A stretch of DNA of 32,992 bases from an uncultured Eubacteriales bacterium (GCA_900313345.1 OMQW01000053.1:1-32992); one strand, 5' to 3'; positions 17,655 through 26,865 are shown, counted from the first letter of the stretch. Notes: generated by a model not told the origin, from the letters alone. Numbers and translations: made by a program.

Positions 17655-18890
17655 ATGAGAGCAAAGAAAGTAGATGCTGCTAAAGAATTTTTAAATGCAG
17701 TAGAAAATATTACAAAAGAAAAAGGAATTGATCCTGAAATAGTTTATAGTGCTATGGAACTTGCACTTCAATCAGCATATAAAAAGAATTTCAATTCTAA
17801 GACTAATGTTAAAGTTCAAATAGATAGAACAACTGGTGAAATAAAAGTATTCTCTTACTTAACAGTAGTAGAAGATGATAAGAAAACTAAAGAAGAATAT
17901 GAAGATGAATTATTTGAAAGATATGCTTTAGATGAAGATTTAGATACTGAAATACCTGAAGAAAAAAAAGAAGATGAAGAAGCAGGTGAAGAATCTGAAA
18001 CAGAAGAAAAAGAAGAAATGTCATTCTTTAATCCTAATTCAGAAATTAAATTATCTGATGCTAAGAAATTAGATAAAACATTAGAACTAGGAGATACTAT
18101 TGATACAGAAGTTACTCCACATGATTTTGGACGTGTTGCAGCTTCAACTGCTAAACAAGTAATTGTTCAAAAAATAAGAGAAGCTGAAAGAAATAGTATT
18201 ATGGAAGAGTTTGGTGATAAACAAGATGAAATGCTTGTTGGTACAGTTGCTCTAGAAGATGAAAATAACTACTATATTGATTTAGGTAGAACTAATGGTA
18301 TTCTTCCAAAAAGAGAAATTATCCCTGGTGAACATATTGAAATGGGTAGAAATATCAAAGTATATGTTACTAAAGTAGATAATAATGGAAAGAGTTTATT
18401 AATTCTTTTATCTCGTAAACATTATGGATTTGTTAAACGTTTATTTGAAAGTGAAATACCAGAACTAGAAGATGGGTCAGTACTTCTTTATTCAGTAGCT
18501 CGTGATCCAGGAGTTAGAAGTAAAGTAGCAGTTTATAGTGAAAACTTTAATATTGATCCGATTGGAGCATGTATTGGTGAAAAAGGTTCAAGAATTGCCA
18601 ATATCATTAATGAACTAAATGGTGAAAAAATTGATATTGTTAAATATGATAAAGATCCAAGCATATTTATAGCAAACGCATTACAACCAGCACAAGACTT
18701 AACAGTTATTATTACTGACCCTAAGAAAAATGAAGCAATGTGTATAGCAGATGGAAAAGACTTCGCTTTAGCAATTGGTAGAAATGGTATGAATGCTCGT
18801 TTAGCATCACGTTTAACAAGATATAAAATAGATATTAAAACACGTGAAGAAGCAGCAGCAAATGGTATTAGTATAAAAGTAGAGGATTAA
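17655..18890 (+). CDS. nusA: Transcription termination/antitermination factor NusA, carrying an acidic insertion
   Basis: I prefer the ATG at 17655 (SD sequence AAAGGAGAA) over the track start at 17619. The N-terminal domain, the S1 domain (FGRVAASTAKQVIVQKIREAER, GTVALEDENNYYIDLG) and the KH1/KH2 domains (GACIGEKGSRI, AIGRNGMNARLAS) are all recognisable. Confidence 0.92.
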   Translation: MRAKKVDAAKEFLNAVENITKEKGIDPEIVYSAMELALQSAYKKNFNSKTNVKVQIDRTTGEIKVFSYLTVVEDDKKTKEEYEDELFERYALDEDLDTEIPEEKKEDEEAGEESETEEKEEMSFFNPNSEIKLSDAKKLDKTLELGDTIDTEVTPHDFGRVAASTAKQVIVQKIREAERNSIMEEFGDKQDEMLVGTVALEDENNYYIDLGRTNGILPKREIIPGEHIEMGRNIKVYVTKVDNNGKSLLILLSRKHYGFVKRLFESEIPELEDGSVLLYSVARDPGVRSKVAVYSENFNIDPIGACIGEKGSRIANIINELNGEKIDIVKYDKDPSIFIANALQPAQDLTVIITDPKKNEAMCIADGKDFALAIGRNGMNARLASRLTRYKIDIKTREEAAANGISIKVED

Positions 18891-18893
18891 TCT

Positions 18894-19157
18894 ATGAAAG
18901 AAAAGAAAATCCCAATGAGAACCTGTGCAGTAACAGGAGAGTCTTTGCCAAAAAAAGAATTACTAAGAGTAGTTAAAACAAAAGAAGATGAAGTTTTTGT
19001 TGATGAAACAGGTAAAAAAAATGGTAGAGGTGCATATATTAAAAAAGATCTAGATGTTTTAGAAAAAGCTAAAAAGTCTAAAGCACTTGATAGAAAATTA
19101 GGTATTAAGATAACTGGAGAGATTTATGAAGAAATTAAAAATATAATAGAAAAATAG
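18894..19157 (+). CDS. ylxR: YlxR/RnpM-family (DUF448) RNA-binding protein
   Basis: The motifs MRTCAVTGESLPKKELLRVV and GRGAYI are present. Its position between nusA and infB is conserved. Confidence 0.85.
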   Translation: MKEKKIPMRTCAVTGESLPKKELLRVVKTKEDEVFVDETGKKNGRGAYIKKDLDVLEKAKKSKALDRKLGIKITGEIYEEIKNIIEK

Positions 19158-19169
19158 GAGGTGCTTAAC

Positions 19170-21290
19170 ATGATGAGTTTGTTAGATTATGCAAATGATG
19201 TAAATGTTGATGTAGAAAAAATAAAAGAATTATGTGATAAATTATCTATAAGCTATGGTGATGAAAACTATATGCTTAGTGATACTGAAATTACACTTCT
19301 AGATAATGCTGTAAATGAATTAGATACAGAAGAAGATGTAGTAGAAGTAGAAGATGAAGAAGTTTATTATATAGCAACTGAACTTGCAGAAAATACAAAC
19401 ATTGATTTAGATAATACTGAAAGTTTTACTAAAGTTAAATCTAAGTCTAAAAGACAAGCAGATGCTAAAAGTTCTAATTTTAAACAAGCAAGAAAAAAAA
19501 TTTATAAACATCGTGAAAAATTAGAAAGTAATGAAAAGAAACAAAACGAAGATGTAGTTATTTATAAAGAAGGAATGACTGTTGAAGAGTTAGCAGAAGC
19601 TTTAAATGATACAGCAGTTAATTTAATTAAAAAATTATTTGTATTAGGTATTATGGCAAATAAAAATCAAAGTGTTGATTATGATACAGCAGAATTATTA
19701 GTAACTGATTATAATAAAACGCTTAAAAAAGAAGAAACACAAGATATTTCAAATTTTGAAAACTTTGAAATAGAAGATGATCCAGATAGTCTAGAAGAAC
19801 GTCCACCAATAGTAACAATTATGGGACATGTTGACCATGGTAAAACAACACTTCTTGATTACATTAGAAATAGTCATATTGCTAATGGTGAAGCAGGTGG
19901 AATTACTCAAGCAATTGGTGCATATTCAGTAAACTATAAAGGTAAAGATATTACATTTATTGATACACCAGGACATGAAGCCTTTACAGAAATGCGTGCA
20001 AGAGGTGCAGCAGTAACAGATATAGTTATTATTATAGTAGCAGCAGATGATGGTGTAATGCCTCAAACACAAGAAGCAATTGACCATGCTAAAGCAGCAA
20101 AAGTACCAATAATAGTAGCAATCAATAAAATTGATAAACCTGATGCAAATCCTGATAAAGTATTAACACAACTTGCTGAAAATGATTTAACACCAGAAGA
20201 ATGGGGTGGAGATGTAATTGTTAATAAAATTTCCGCAAAAACTGGACTTGGAGTAGATGAATTATTAGATAGTATTTCCTTAGTTGCCGAAATGAATGAA
20301 TATAAAGCTAATAAAAAACGTTATGCAACAGGAGCAGTTATTGAATCTCGTCAAGATAAACATGTAGGTAGTGTAGTAAGTTTAATTATTCAAAATGGTA
20401 CACTACGTTTAGGAGATCCAATAGTAGTAGGTACTGTATTTGGTAAAGTAAGAACACTTAAAAATGATTTAGGCGAAAATATTGTAGAAGCAGGACCATC
20501 AACACCAGTTGAAGTAACAGGCTTAAATGCTGTTCCAAGTGCAGGAGATAAATTCATGGCATTTGAAACTGAAAAACAAGCTAAAGATATCGCTGAAGAA
20601 AGAAGCTTACGTGCTAAAGAAAAAGATTCAAATAAAAAAGGTATGACACTAGAAGAATTATTTGGAAACATTAAAGAAGGCTTAAAAAAAATTAATATTG
20701 TTTTAAAAGCTGATGTTAATGGTAGTGTAGAAGCATGTAAGAATTCGCTAGAAAAAATAAATGTTGAAGGTGTTAAACTTTCAGTTATTCGTGCAGGAGT
20801 TGGAGCAATCACTGAAAGTGATATTGTTTTAGCACAAGCATCTGATGCAATTGTAATTGGTTTTAATGTTAGAGCATCAGCAACTGTTGAAGCTTTTGCA
20901 AAAGAACATTCTGTTCAAATTAAAACATATGATATTATTTATAAACTAGTAGAAGCTATGGAAAGTGCTATGAAAGGTATGCTTGATAAAACATACTCAG
21001 AAAAAGTAACTGGTAAACTTGAAATTAGACAAATATTTAAATTCTCTAAAGTTGGTTTAATTGCAGGATGCCATGTTATAGAAGGAATAGTTAAATCTAA
21101 TTCTAATGCTAGATTAATTAGAGATAATATTGTTGTATATTATGGAAAGATTAAATCATTACAACATGAAAAAGATAGTGTTAAAGAAGTTAAGAAAGAT
21201 ATGGACTGTGGTTTAACACTAGAAGCATGCAATGATTATAAAGAAAATGATATCATTGAAGTATATGATTTAGTAGAAGACCAAATATAA
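19170..21290 (+). CDS. infB: Translation initiation factor IF-2
   Basis: I prefer the ATG at 19170 (SD sequence AGGAGG at 19156-19161). The GTPase motifs [20 protein letters not shown] and NKID are present, together with the C-terminal IF-2 domains. Confidence 0.95.
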   Translation: MMSLLDYANDVNVDVEKIKELCDKLSISYGDENYMLSDTEITLLDNAVNELDTEEDVVEVEDEEVYYIATELAENTNIDLDNTESFTKVKSKSKRQADAKSSNFKQARKKIYKHREKLESNEKKQNEDVVIYKEGMTVEELAEALNDTAVNLIKKLFVLGIMANKNQSVDYDTAELLVTDYNKTLKKEETQDISNFENFEIEDDPDSLEERPPIVTIMGHVDHGKTTLLDYIRNSHIANGEAGGITQAIGAYSVNYKGKDITFIDTPGHEAFTEMRARGAAVTDIVIIIVAADDGVMPQTQEAIDHAKAAKVPIIVAINKIDKPDANPDKVLTQLAENDLTPEEWGGDVIVNKISAKTGLGVDELLDSISLVAEMNEYKANKKRYATGAVIESRQDKHVGSVVSLIIQNGTLRLGDPIVVGTVFGKVRTLKNDLGENIVEAGPSTPVEVTGLNAVPSAGDKFMAFETEKQAKDIAEERSLRAKEKDSNKKGMTLEELFGNIKEGLKKINIVLKADVNGSVEACKNSLEKINVEGVKLSVIRAGVGAITESDIVLAQASDAIVIGFNVRASATVEAFAKEHSVQIKTYDIIYKLVEAMESAMKGMLDKTYSEKVTGKLEIRQIFKFSKVGLIAGCHVIEGIVKSNSNARLIRDNIVVYYGKIKSLQHEKDSVKEVKKDMDCGLTLEACNDYKENDIIEVYDLVEDQI

Positions 21291-21291
21291 G

Positions 21292-21320
21292 AGACTAATT
21301 TATAAAAATTAGTCTTTTTT
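21292..21320 (+). terminator. Rho-independent terminator after infB
   Basis: AGACTAATTT-ATAA-AAATTAGTCT forms a perfect 10-bp stem followed by TTTTTT. Confidence 0.8.
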
Positions 21321-21341
21321 GTAGTAATTTATGATAAATTA

Positions 21342-22001
21342 ATGATTAATAATGATTGTGATATTAATCAGTTTTATGACAATATAAGAGATCTAAAAAA
21401 ACTACTAAAAGAATTAAGAGATTTTAATAAATTTAGATATTTAATAGATGAAATAATAAAAAGATATAAAGATAATGGTAAAAATAAAGACTTATTTAAA
21501 AAATTATTAAAATTAGAAAATGAAAGAAATTCTCTAGAAAAAAATATAATGCCACATAAAACATTATTTGGAATTAAAGATAATACTTAAAATAAAGAAT
21601 TATTATTAAAACTAAATAATCATTTATTAAAAATGAATGATAAATATAATGAATTAATAAATGAATTATTTAATGACTATATATCAAAAATTTTAAATGA
21701 TACATCAACATACTTAGATGCAATTATAGCATTAGGATCAAATTATACATATCTAAATTTAGTATATAATTTAGTAGATAATGGAGATATTAAGATATGT
21801 GATTATAAATCTATAAGAAATTTAGCATATATAAATGAAGCTAATTTTACTAAAAATATAAATATGCTTTATGAAGGAAATATTAATGAATTAGAAAAGA
21901 ATGTTGATTTTATAATTACATGTAATAATTTTGAAAATAATAATATAAATTTTAAAAATTTAAAAACAGTTAATGATATAAATTCTATATTAAATAAATA
22001 G
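21342..22001 (+). pseudogene. Split, degenerate member of the SHOCT-like repeat family: track ORFs 21342-21590 and 21633-22001 are in one frame, separated only by the TAA at 21588-21590
   Basis: Both ORFs are in the same phase, with no other stop codon between them (…GIKDNT*NKELLLKLNNHLLKMNDKY…). The combined length of ~219 aa matches the neighbouring paralogues. NINMLYEGNINELEK and YLNLVYNLVDNGDIKICDY resemble the family repeat. Neither ATG has a convincing SD sequence. Confidence 0.4.
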
Positions 22002-22017
22002 AATATTAAGAGTGAAT

Positions 22018-22051
22018 AAGAAAAAACTACAAGTTTTTTCTTTTCTTTTTT
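22018..22051 (+). terminator. Rho-independent terminator
   Basis: AAGAAAAAAC-TACAA-GTTTTTTCTT forms the stem, followed by a T-rich run (TTCTTTTTT). Confidence 0.65.
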
Positions 22052-22060
22052 ATAAAATTA

Positions 22061-22069
22061 TGTTATAAT
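22061..22069 (+). promoter_or_regulatory. Extended -10 element TGTTATAAT for the three intact repeat-protein genes
   Basis: It was read directly and lies 27 nt upstream of the ATG at 22096. Confidence 0.45.
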
Positions 22070-22095
22070 ATGAAGTCCAACAAAGGAGAGATTAC

Positions 22096-22656
22096 ATGTA
22101 TACAAATATAGAAGATATATACTCATGTTATAGATTAGGACTAATATCTAAAGATAGTTTATTAAATAACAAAATAATAGAGAAAAAAACATTTATTGTA
22201 CAAGGCAAATTATATAGTCCTAAAGATGTTTTTGATATAAACGATATAAAACTAGAAGAATTAATAACACTTCATAATATGGGAAATATAAATAGAAAAG
22301 AATTAATAAAACTATATAATGATATAAAGAAAAATGATATATCTATTTATGAATATTATTTAGCAGCAGTTCAAGGTATTATCCCAATTGAAAAAGCATT
22401 AAAGAAAATTAATAAGAAATTAAAAGAAAAGAATAAATTATCTATAAAAGATACTCTTGCATTATCTAAATTAAGAATAATTGATATTAATAGACTTTTA
22501 TATAAATCTAAATTTTTAAGAAAAATTAATAGTGAAGATTTAACACCATCTGATTTAGTTTTCTTATCATCAAGTTTCATATTAAGTAATGAAGAAATAA
22601 ATGATAAAGTGCTAGTTTTAAAAAGTAACATGATTGACAAAAGAATAAAAAAGTAG
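22096..22656 (+). CDS. Soluble protein made of five SHOCT-like ~24-aa helical repeats (paralogue C)
   Basis: A strong SD sequence, AAAGGAGAG, is present. The repeats are NIEDIYSCYRLGLISKDSLL, KLEELITLHNMGNINRKELI, SIYEYYLAAVQGIIPIEKAL, SIKDTLALSKLRIIDINRLL and TPSDLVFLSSSFILSNEEI. Confidence 0.7.
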   Translation: MYTNIEDIYSCYRLGLISKDSLLNNKIIEKKTFIVQGKLYSPKDVFDINDIKLEELITLHNMGNINRKELIKLYNDIKKNDISIYEYYLAAVQGIIPIEKALKKINKKLKEKNKLSIKDTLALSKLRIIDINRLLYKSKFLRKINSEDLTPSDLVFLSSSFILSNEEINDKVLVLKSNMIDKRIKK

Positions 22657-22690
22657 TATAATATAGTGACTTTTAAGGGGGAACAAATAA

Positions 22691-23314
22691 ATGAATAATG
22701 GGAAGAATAAAAACGTCAAATATCCAGGTTATAATCTTTCAATATATGATTTACAATACTTACAAGGTAAAGGATTTTTAACAATACCTGAGTATATAAA
22801 TTATAAAACTATTACAAGAAAAGTAGAATGCGTTAATAATTTAAAGAAAGATCATTATTTTATAGGTAAAGATAAGAAATATAATGAAATAACTACATCT
22901 GATTTATGTGCATTATACAGATCAGGATTAGTTAGTAAAAATATGATAATAGAATATATGATAGCATTTAATACAACTAAGAATATTAGAGATATTGAAT
23001 ATGCATTTAATTATGGATTAATTAGTTCTAAAGATGTTTTTAATAAATTAGATTTATTTGCAGTAGAATATAAAAATGATATTAAAAAATTAACAGTAAA
23101 AGATTTAGTATCTTTATATAAACTAGAAATGATTGAAGAAGAAGATATTAAAGAAGCTAAAATAAAGAAAAATAGTTTAACTATAGAAGACTATATAGCA
23201 CTAAATAGAATAGGCTTATATTCTGATGAAGAATTATTATCAAAGGCATATGATAGTATTAAAGAAGTAGACGAAACATATAAAGATAGTAATATCTTAT
23301 TTAAATTAAAATAA
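22691..23314 (+). CDS. Soluble protein made of five SHOCT-like repeats (paralogue D)
   Basis: The SD sequence AAGGGGGA is present. The repeats are SIYDLQYLQGKGFLTIPEY, TTSDLCALYRSGLVSKNMI, NIRDIEYAFNYGLISSKDVF, TVKDLVSLYKLEMIEEEDI and TIEDYIALNRIGLYSDEELL. Confidence 0.7.
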   Translation: MNNGKNKNVKYPGYNLSIYDLQYLQGKGFLTIPEYINYKTITRKVECVNNLKKDHYFIGKDKKYNEITTSDLCALYRSGLVSKNMIIEYMIAFNTTKNIRDIEYAFNYGLISSKDVFNKLDLFAVEYKNDIKKLTVKDLVSLYKLEMIEEEDIKEAKIKKNSLTIEDYIALNRIGLYSDEELLSKAYDSIKEVDETYKDSNILFKLK

Positions 23315-23328
23315 CAAGGAGAATTATT

Positions 23329-24018
23329 ATGAATTTTTATGGAGTAAGAAACGAAGATAAAATATTTCCAACTGCAGTAGTTGATGAAAATAAGAAAAAA
23401 GTACTAAATTATAATTATTATGTAGGATTTGATATGCCTTTATATATATTAAATTATTTACATAAATCAGGTTTAATAAATGAATATGAGTTAAATGATA
23501 ATGCAACATTAAATAGAAAAATCTATGTAGTAAAAAATATGAAAAAAGATTTTTATGATTCGATTGAAAATACTAAGCATGTAAATACTACTTTAGGTGA
23601 TCTTGCAGTATTAAAAGAGTTAAACAAAATAACAATGGCAGATGCTAAAGAGTATGCAAAAAGACATGTTGACTTTACAAATATAACAGATTATTATGAA
23701 GCTTATAAAATGAATATAATAACTGAAGAAGAAGCATTACTAAATATTCAAAGTAAAATTAAAATTAATAAAAATAATTTAAACAACTTAAATATTAATG
23801 ATTTAGCAACTTTATGTGAAATGAAACTAATAGATAAAAAATCACTAATTAAAAAGACAAAAGTTAAAAATATTGAAATTAATGATTTAGAAGACGCTGT
23901 TGGTTATCATAGATTAGGTATTATATCAACAACTGAATTATTAAATCAATCACTAAGTACAATAACTGAAATGACAAGATATGAATATAGTGGAAAAAAC
24001 TTTACATTAAAAATTTAA
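23329..24018 (+). CDS. Soluble protein made of five SHOCT-like repeats (paralogue E)
   Basis: The SD sequence AAGGAG is present. The repeats are MPLYILNYLHKSGLINEYEL, TLGDLAVLKELNKITMADAKEY, NITDYYEAYKMNIITEEEAL, NINDLATLCEMKLIDKKSLI and EINDLEDAVGYHRLGIISTTELL. It shares the linker K[VI]..V.N[LM]KKD.Y with paralogue D. Confidence 0.7.
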   Translation: MNFYGVRNEDKIFPTAVVDENKKKVLNYNYYVGFDMPLYILNYLHKSGLINEYELNDNATLNRKIYVVKNMKKDFYDSIENTKHVNTTLGDLAVLKELNKITMADAKEYAKRHVDFTNITDYYEAYKMNIITEEEALLNIQSKIKINKNNLNNLNINDLATLCEMKLIDKKSLIKKTKVKNIEINDLEDAVGYHRLGIISTTELLNQSLSTITEMTRYEYSGKNFTLKI

Positions 24019-24043
24019 TTGATAGTCATCTATCAATTTTTTT
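24017..24043 (+). terminator. Weak AT-rich intrinsic terminator closing the repeat-protein cassette
   Basis: AATTGATAG-TCAT-CTATCAATT is followed by a T run. Confidence 0.45.
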
Positions 24044-24053
24044 ATTAATAGGG

Positions 24054-24059
24054 TATAAT
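24054..24059 (+). promoter_or_regulatory. Candidate -10 hexamer TATAAT for rbfA
   Basis: GGGTATAAT lies 18 nt upstream of the rbfA ATG. The -35 element is not convincing. Confidence 0.3.
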
Positions 24060-24076
24060 TATAAAGAGGTGTAATT

Positions 24077-24418
24077 ATGGCAAACAATATTAGAATTAAA
24101 AGATTAAATAACACATATATGGAAGAACTAAGCAGAATATTAATGGAAGAAGTAAAAGATCAAAAAGCTAAGGAAGCAATTATAACTGGAGTAGATGTAA
24201 CTAATGATTTAAGTTATGCAAAGGTATATTTTACTATTTATAATAGAGAAAATAAAAAAGAAGTTTTGGAAGCATTAAATACTGCAGAAGGTTTTATAAG
24301 AAGATGTCTTGCAGATAGAATAGAAATTAGAAATACACCAGAACTTAGATTTATTTATGATGAATCAGAAGAATATGGTAAACATATAGATGAAATAATA
24401 GAAAATCTAAATAAATAA
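24077..24418 (+). CDS. rbfA: Ribosome-binding factor A
   Basis: A KH-like RbfA pattern is present (ITGVDVTNDLSYAKVYF, IRNTPELRFIYDES). Length is 113 aa. Confidence 0.9.
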   Translation: MANNIRIKRLNNTYMEELSRILMEEVKDQKAKEAIITGVDVTNDLSYAKVYFTIYNRENKKEVLEALNTAEGFIRRCLADRIEIRNTPELRFIYDESEEYGKHIDEIIENLNK

Positions 24419-24439
24419 ACACTTTAAAGGTGTTTTTTT
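24417..24439 (+). terminator. Short intrinsic terminator after rbfA
   Basis: AAACACTT-TAA-AGGTGTTT is followed by TTTTT. Confidence 0.45.
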
Positions 24440-24509
24440 ATGTAAAGAATAGCCTAATTTATAGAATTATTTATCTAAATGGAATATAATTAAAGAAGTA
24501 GGTGATATT

Positions 24510-25244
24510 GTGCAAATTAAAATAAATGATGTAAATATCAATTATGTAAGATTTGGAAACAAAAAAGGTAAAGATATTATTCTCTTACATGGTTGGGGAC
24601 AAAATATAGAAATGATGATGCCACTTGGTAGACCATATGAAAAAAAATATTGTATTAATATTTTAGATCTTCCAGGTTTTGGAGAAAGTGAAGAGCCAAA
24701 ATTTCCTTGGACATTAAACGATTATGAAATAATGCTTGAAGAATATTGTAAAGCAAATAAGATCAAAAATCCTATTATAATGGGACATTCATTTGGTGGT
24801 AGACTTGCGATATTATATGCATCACGTAACAAAGTATCAAAATTAGTTTTATTTGGTAGTCCAGTAACAATAGAAAAAAGTTCTAATAGTTTAAAAGTTA
24901 GAATATTAAAAAGTATAAAGAAATTTCCATGTATGAAAAAAATAGCATTAAAAGCTAAAAAATATATCGGCTCTCGTGATTATAAAGCAGCAAGTGAAAT
25001 AATGAGAGGAGTTCTTGTTAATACAGTAAATAAAGATCTAAGCGAAGATTCAAAAAAAATAGCTGCACCAACACTAATAATTTGGGGTGACTATGATACT
25101 GAAGCAAGTATAGAAGATGCAAAATTATTAGAAAAAAATATAAAAGATGCAGGCTTAATTGTTTTAAATGGAACACATTATGCTTATTTAGAAAATTTAA
25201 ATAGAGTAATAACAATATTAAATAATTTTTTAGGAGGTAAATAA
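24510..25244 (+). CDS. Alpha/beta-fold hydrolase (esterase/lipase-like)
   Basis: A GTG start follows the SD sequence GTAGGTGA. The HGWGQN oxyanion region and the GHSFGG nucleophile elbow are present. The C-terminal part carries the Asp (GDYD) and His (GTHYAY) of the catalytic triad. Confidence 0.8.
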   Translation: MQIKINDVNINYVRFGNKKGKDIILLHGWGQNIEMMMPLGRPYEKKYCINILDLPGFGESEEPKFPWTLNDYEIMLEEYCKANKIKNPIIMGHSFGGRLAILYASRNKVSKLVLFGSPVTIEKSSNSLKVRILKSIKKFPCMKKIALKAKKYIGSRDYKAASEIMRGVLVNTVNKDLSEDSKKIAAPTLIIWGDYDTEASIEDAKLLEKNIKDAGLIVLNGTHYAYLENLNRVITILNNFLGGK

Positions 25245-25245
25245 A

Positions 25246-26865
25246 ATGATAATATTTACAGGAATAATAATAGGTTTATTGATGACTCTAGCATTATCAT
25301 ATAAAACAAAAAGATCGTTACATATGCTGCAACAAAATTTATATAATGAAAATAACCGTTATTTAAAATGGGTAGGAAGTACAATAGGAACATTTTTTAA
25401 TATAGAAATATTAGGAATAATTATATTACTTCTAGCATATACAGTATTTTATAATTTAGATGCTTATTTAATAGCACTTGAATTATTAACAATAGTAGTA
25501 TACATATCAGTAATTAAAAATTGGCAAGATTTCTTTAAAAATGAAAAAACAAAGAAACCTCTTGTCTATACAAAAAGAATTAAAAGACTGATAGTAACAA
25601 TAACTGTTTTATATTTATTACCATTATTATATTTATTGAATATTGATATTAAAACACTATGGATTATTTTATTAATAGAATCAGTAATGATTTACTTAAA
25701 TGAAATGATAGTTTTTATCGCATTAATAATAAATATGCCTATAGAAAAAATGGTATATAATCATTTTAAAAGAATGGCACAAGATAAACTTAAAAATATG
25801 AATAATTTAAAAATTGTTGGTATAACAGGAAGTTATGGAAAAACAAGCTCTAAAAATATATTGGCAGATATTTTAAATGTAAAATATAATGCTTTCCCAA
25901 CCCCTAAAAATTTAAATACCTATAATGGATTAATTATGTCTATTAATAATCATATGGATAAATTTACAGATGTTTTTATAGCAGAAATGGGTGCTTATGT
26001 AAAAGGTGAAATAGCAGGCCTATGTAAATTAGTAAAACCAAAATATGGAATATTAACAAGAATAGGAACAGCACATTTAGAATCATTTGGTAGCGAAAAG
26101 AACATAGAAGATGGTAAATTTGAATTAATAGAATCACTTCCAGCAGATGGAATAGGTGTATTAAATGCAGATGACCCTAAACAATTAAATCACAAATTAA
26201 AAAATAAAGTAAAAATTGTGTGGATAGGTATTGAAAATAAAAATGCTGATGTTAGAGCAACCAATATAAAATGTACATCAGAAGGTACAAAATTTGACGT
26301 AATATTTAAAGGTGATAAAAAAAATTATCCATTCGAAACTAAATTATTAGGAAGTCATAACGTATATAATATTTTAGCAGGTATCGCTTTAGGAAAAGAA
26401 TTTGGTATTGATATAGAAGATTTACAAAAATCAGTTAAATCTGTAAAACCAATAGAACATAGACTAGAATTAAAAAAAATAGGTAAGTTCTATATGATAG
26501 ATGATGCTTATAATTCAAATCCAGTAGGAGCAAAAAATGCTGTTGATGTTTTAAGCATGATGAATGGAACAAAAATTGTTGTAACACCAGGAATGATTGA
26601 ACTTGGCGAAAAAGAAGATGAACTAAATAAAGAATTTGGAAAACAAATAGGAAATAGTAAAACTGATTATGTTGTATTAATTGGAAAAGAAAAAACTAAA
26701 CCTATAAAAGAAGGTTTAGAAGAAACAGATTTTAATAAAGATAATATAATTGTTTATAATGATGTTAGAGAAGCATATAATTTTATTAATGGATTAACAG
26801 TTGGTAATAAAAAAGATGTTTATGCATTATTTGAAAACGATTTACCAGACATGTATAATGAATAA
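25246..26865 (+). CDS. murF: MurF-type Mur ligase (UDP-MurNAc-tripeptide--D-Ala-D-Ala ligase-like) with an N-terminal region of ~5 TM segments in place of the usual domain 1
   Basis: The P-loop GITGSYGKTSSKN, the motif HLESFGS and the MurF-type signature DDAYNSNP are present. Residues 1-165 form five hydrophobic segments. It lies adjacent to ddl. Confidence 0.7.
   Translation: MIIFTGIIIGLLMTLALSYKTKRSLHMLQQNLYNENNRYLKWVGSTIGTFFNIEILGIIILLLAYTVFYNLDAYLIALELLTIVVYISVIKNWQDFFKNEKTKKPLVYTKRIKRLIVTITVLYLLPLLYLLNIDIKTLWIILLIESVMIYLNEMIVFIALIINMPIEKMVYNHFKRMAQDKLKNMNNLKIVGITGSYGKTSSKNILADILNVKYNAFPTPKNLNTYNGLIMSINNHMDKFTDVFIAEMGAYVKGEIAGLCKLVKPKYGILTRIGTAHLESFGSEKNIEDGKFELIESLPADGIGVLNADDPKQLNHKLKNKVKIVWIGIENKNADVRATNIKCTSEGTKFDVIFKGDKKNYPFETKLLGSHNVYNILAGIALGKEFGIDIEDLQKSVKSVKPIEHRLELKKIGKFYMIDDAYNSNPVGAKNAVDVLSMMNGTKIVVTPGMIELGEKEDELNKEFGKQIGNSKTDYVVLIGKEKTKPIKEGLEETDFNKDNIIVYNDVREAYNFINGLTVGNKKDVYALFENDLPDMYNE

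Noticed and set aside
9457-19169. N-terminally extended starts given in the ORF track (9457 TTG, 10427, 15746, 17619, 19161; also 2727)
   Set aside because: In each case an internal ATG or GTG has a proper SD sequence at 5-9 nt, and the extension overlaps a terminator, a hairpin or the upstream gene. The starts were moved to 9508, 10451, 15770, 17655, 19170 and 2736.
21291-24076. The infB-rbfA cassette as a mobile element or prophage remnant
   Set aside because: There is no transposase, integrase or recombinase ORF. I saw no terminal inverted repeats and no flanking direct repeats at the boundaries (21291-21341 versus 24019-24076). It is reported as an insertion of unknown origin rather than a mobile element.
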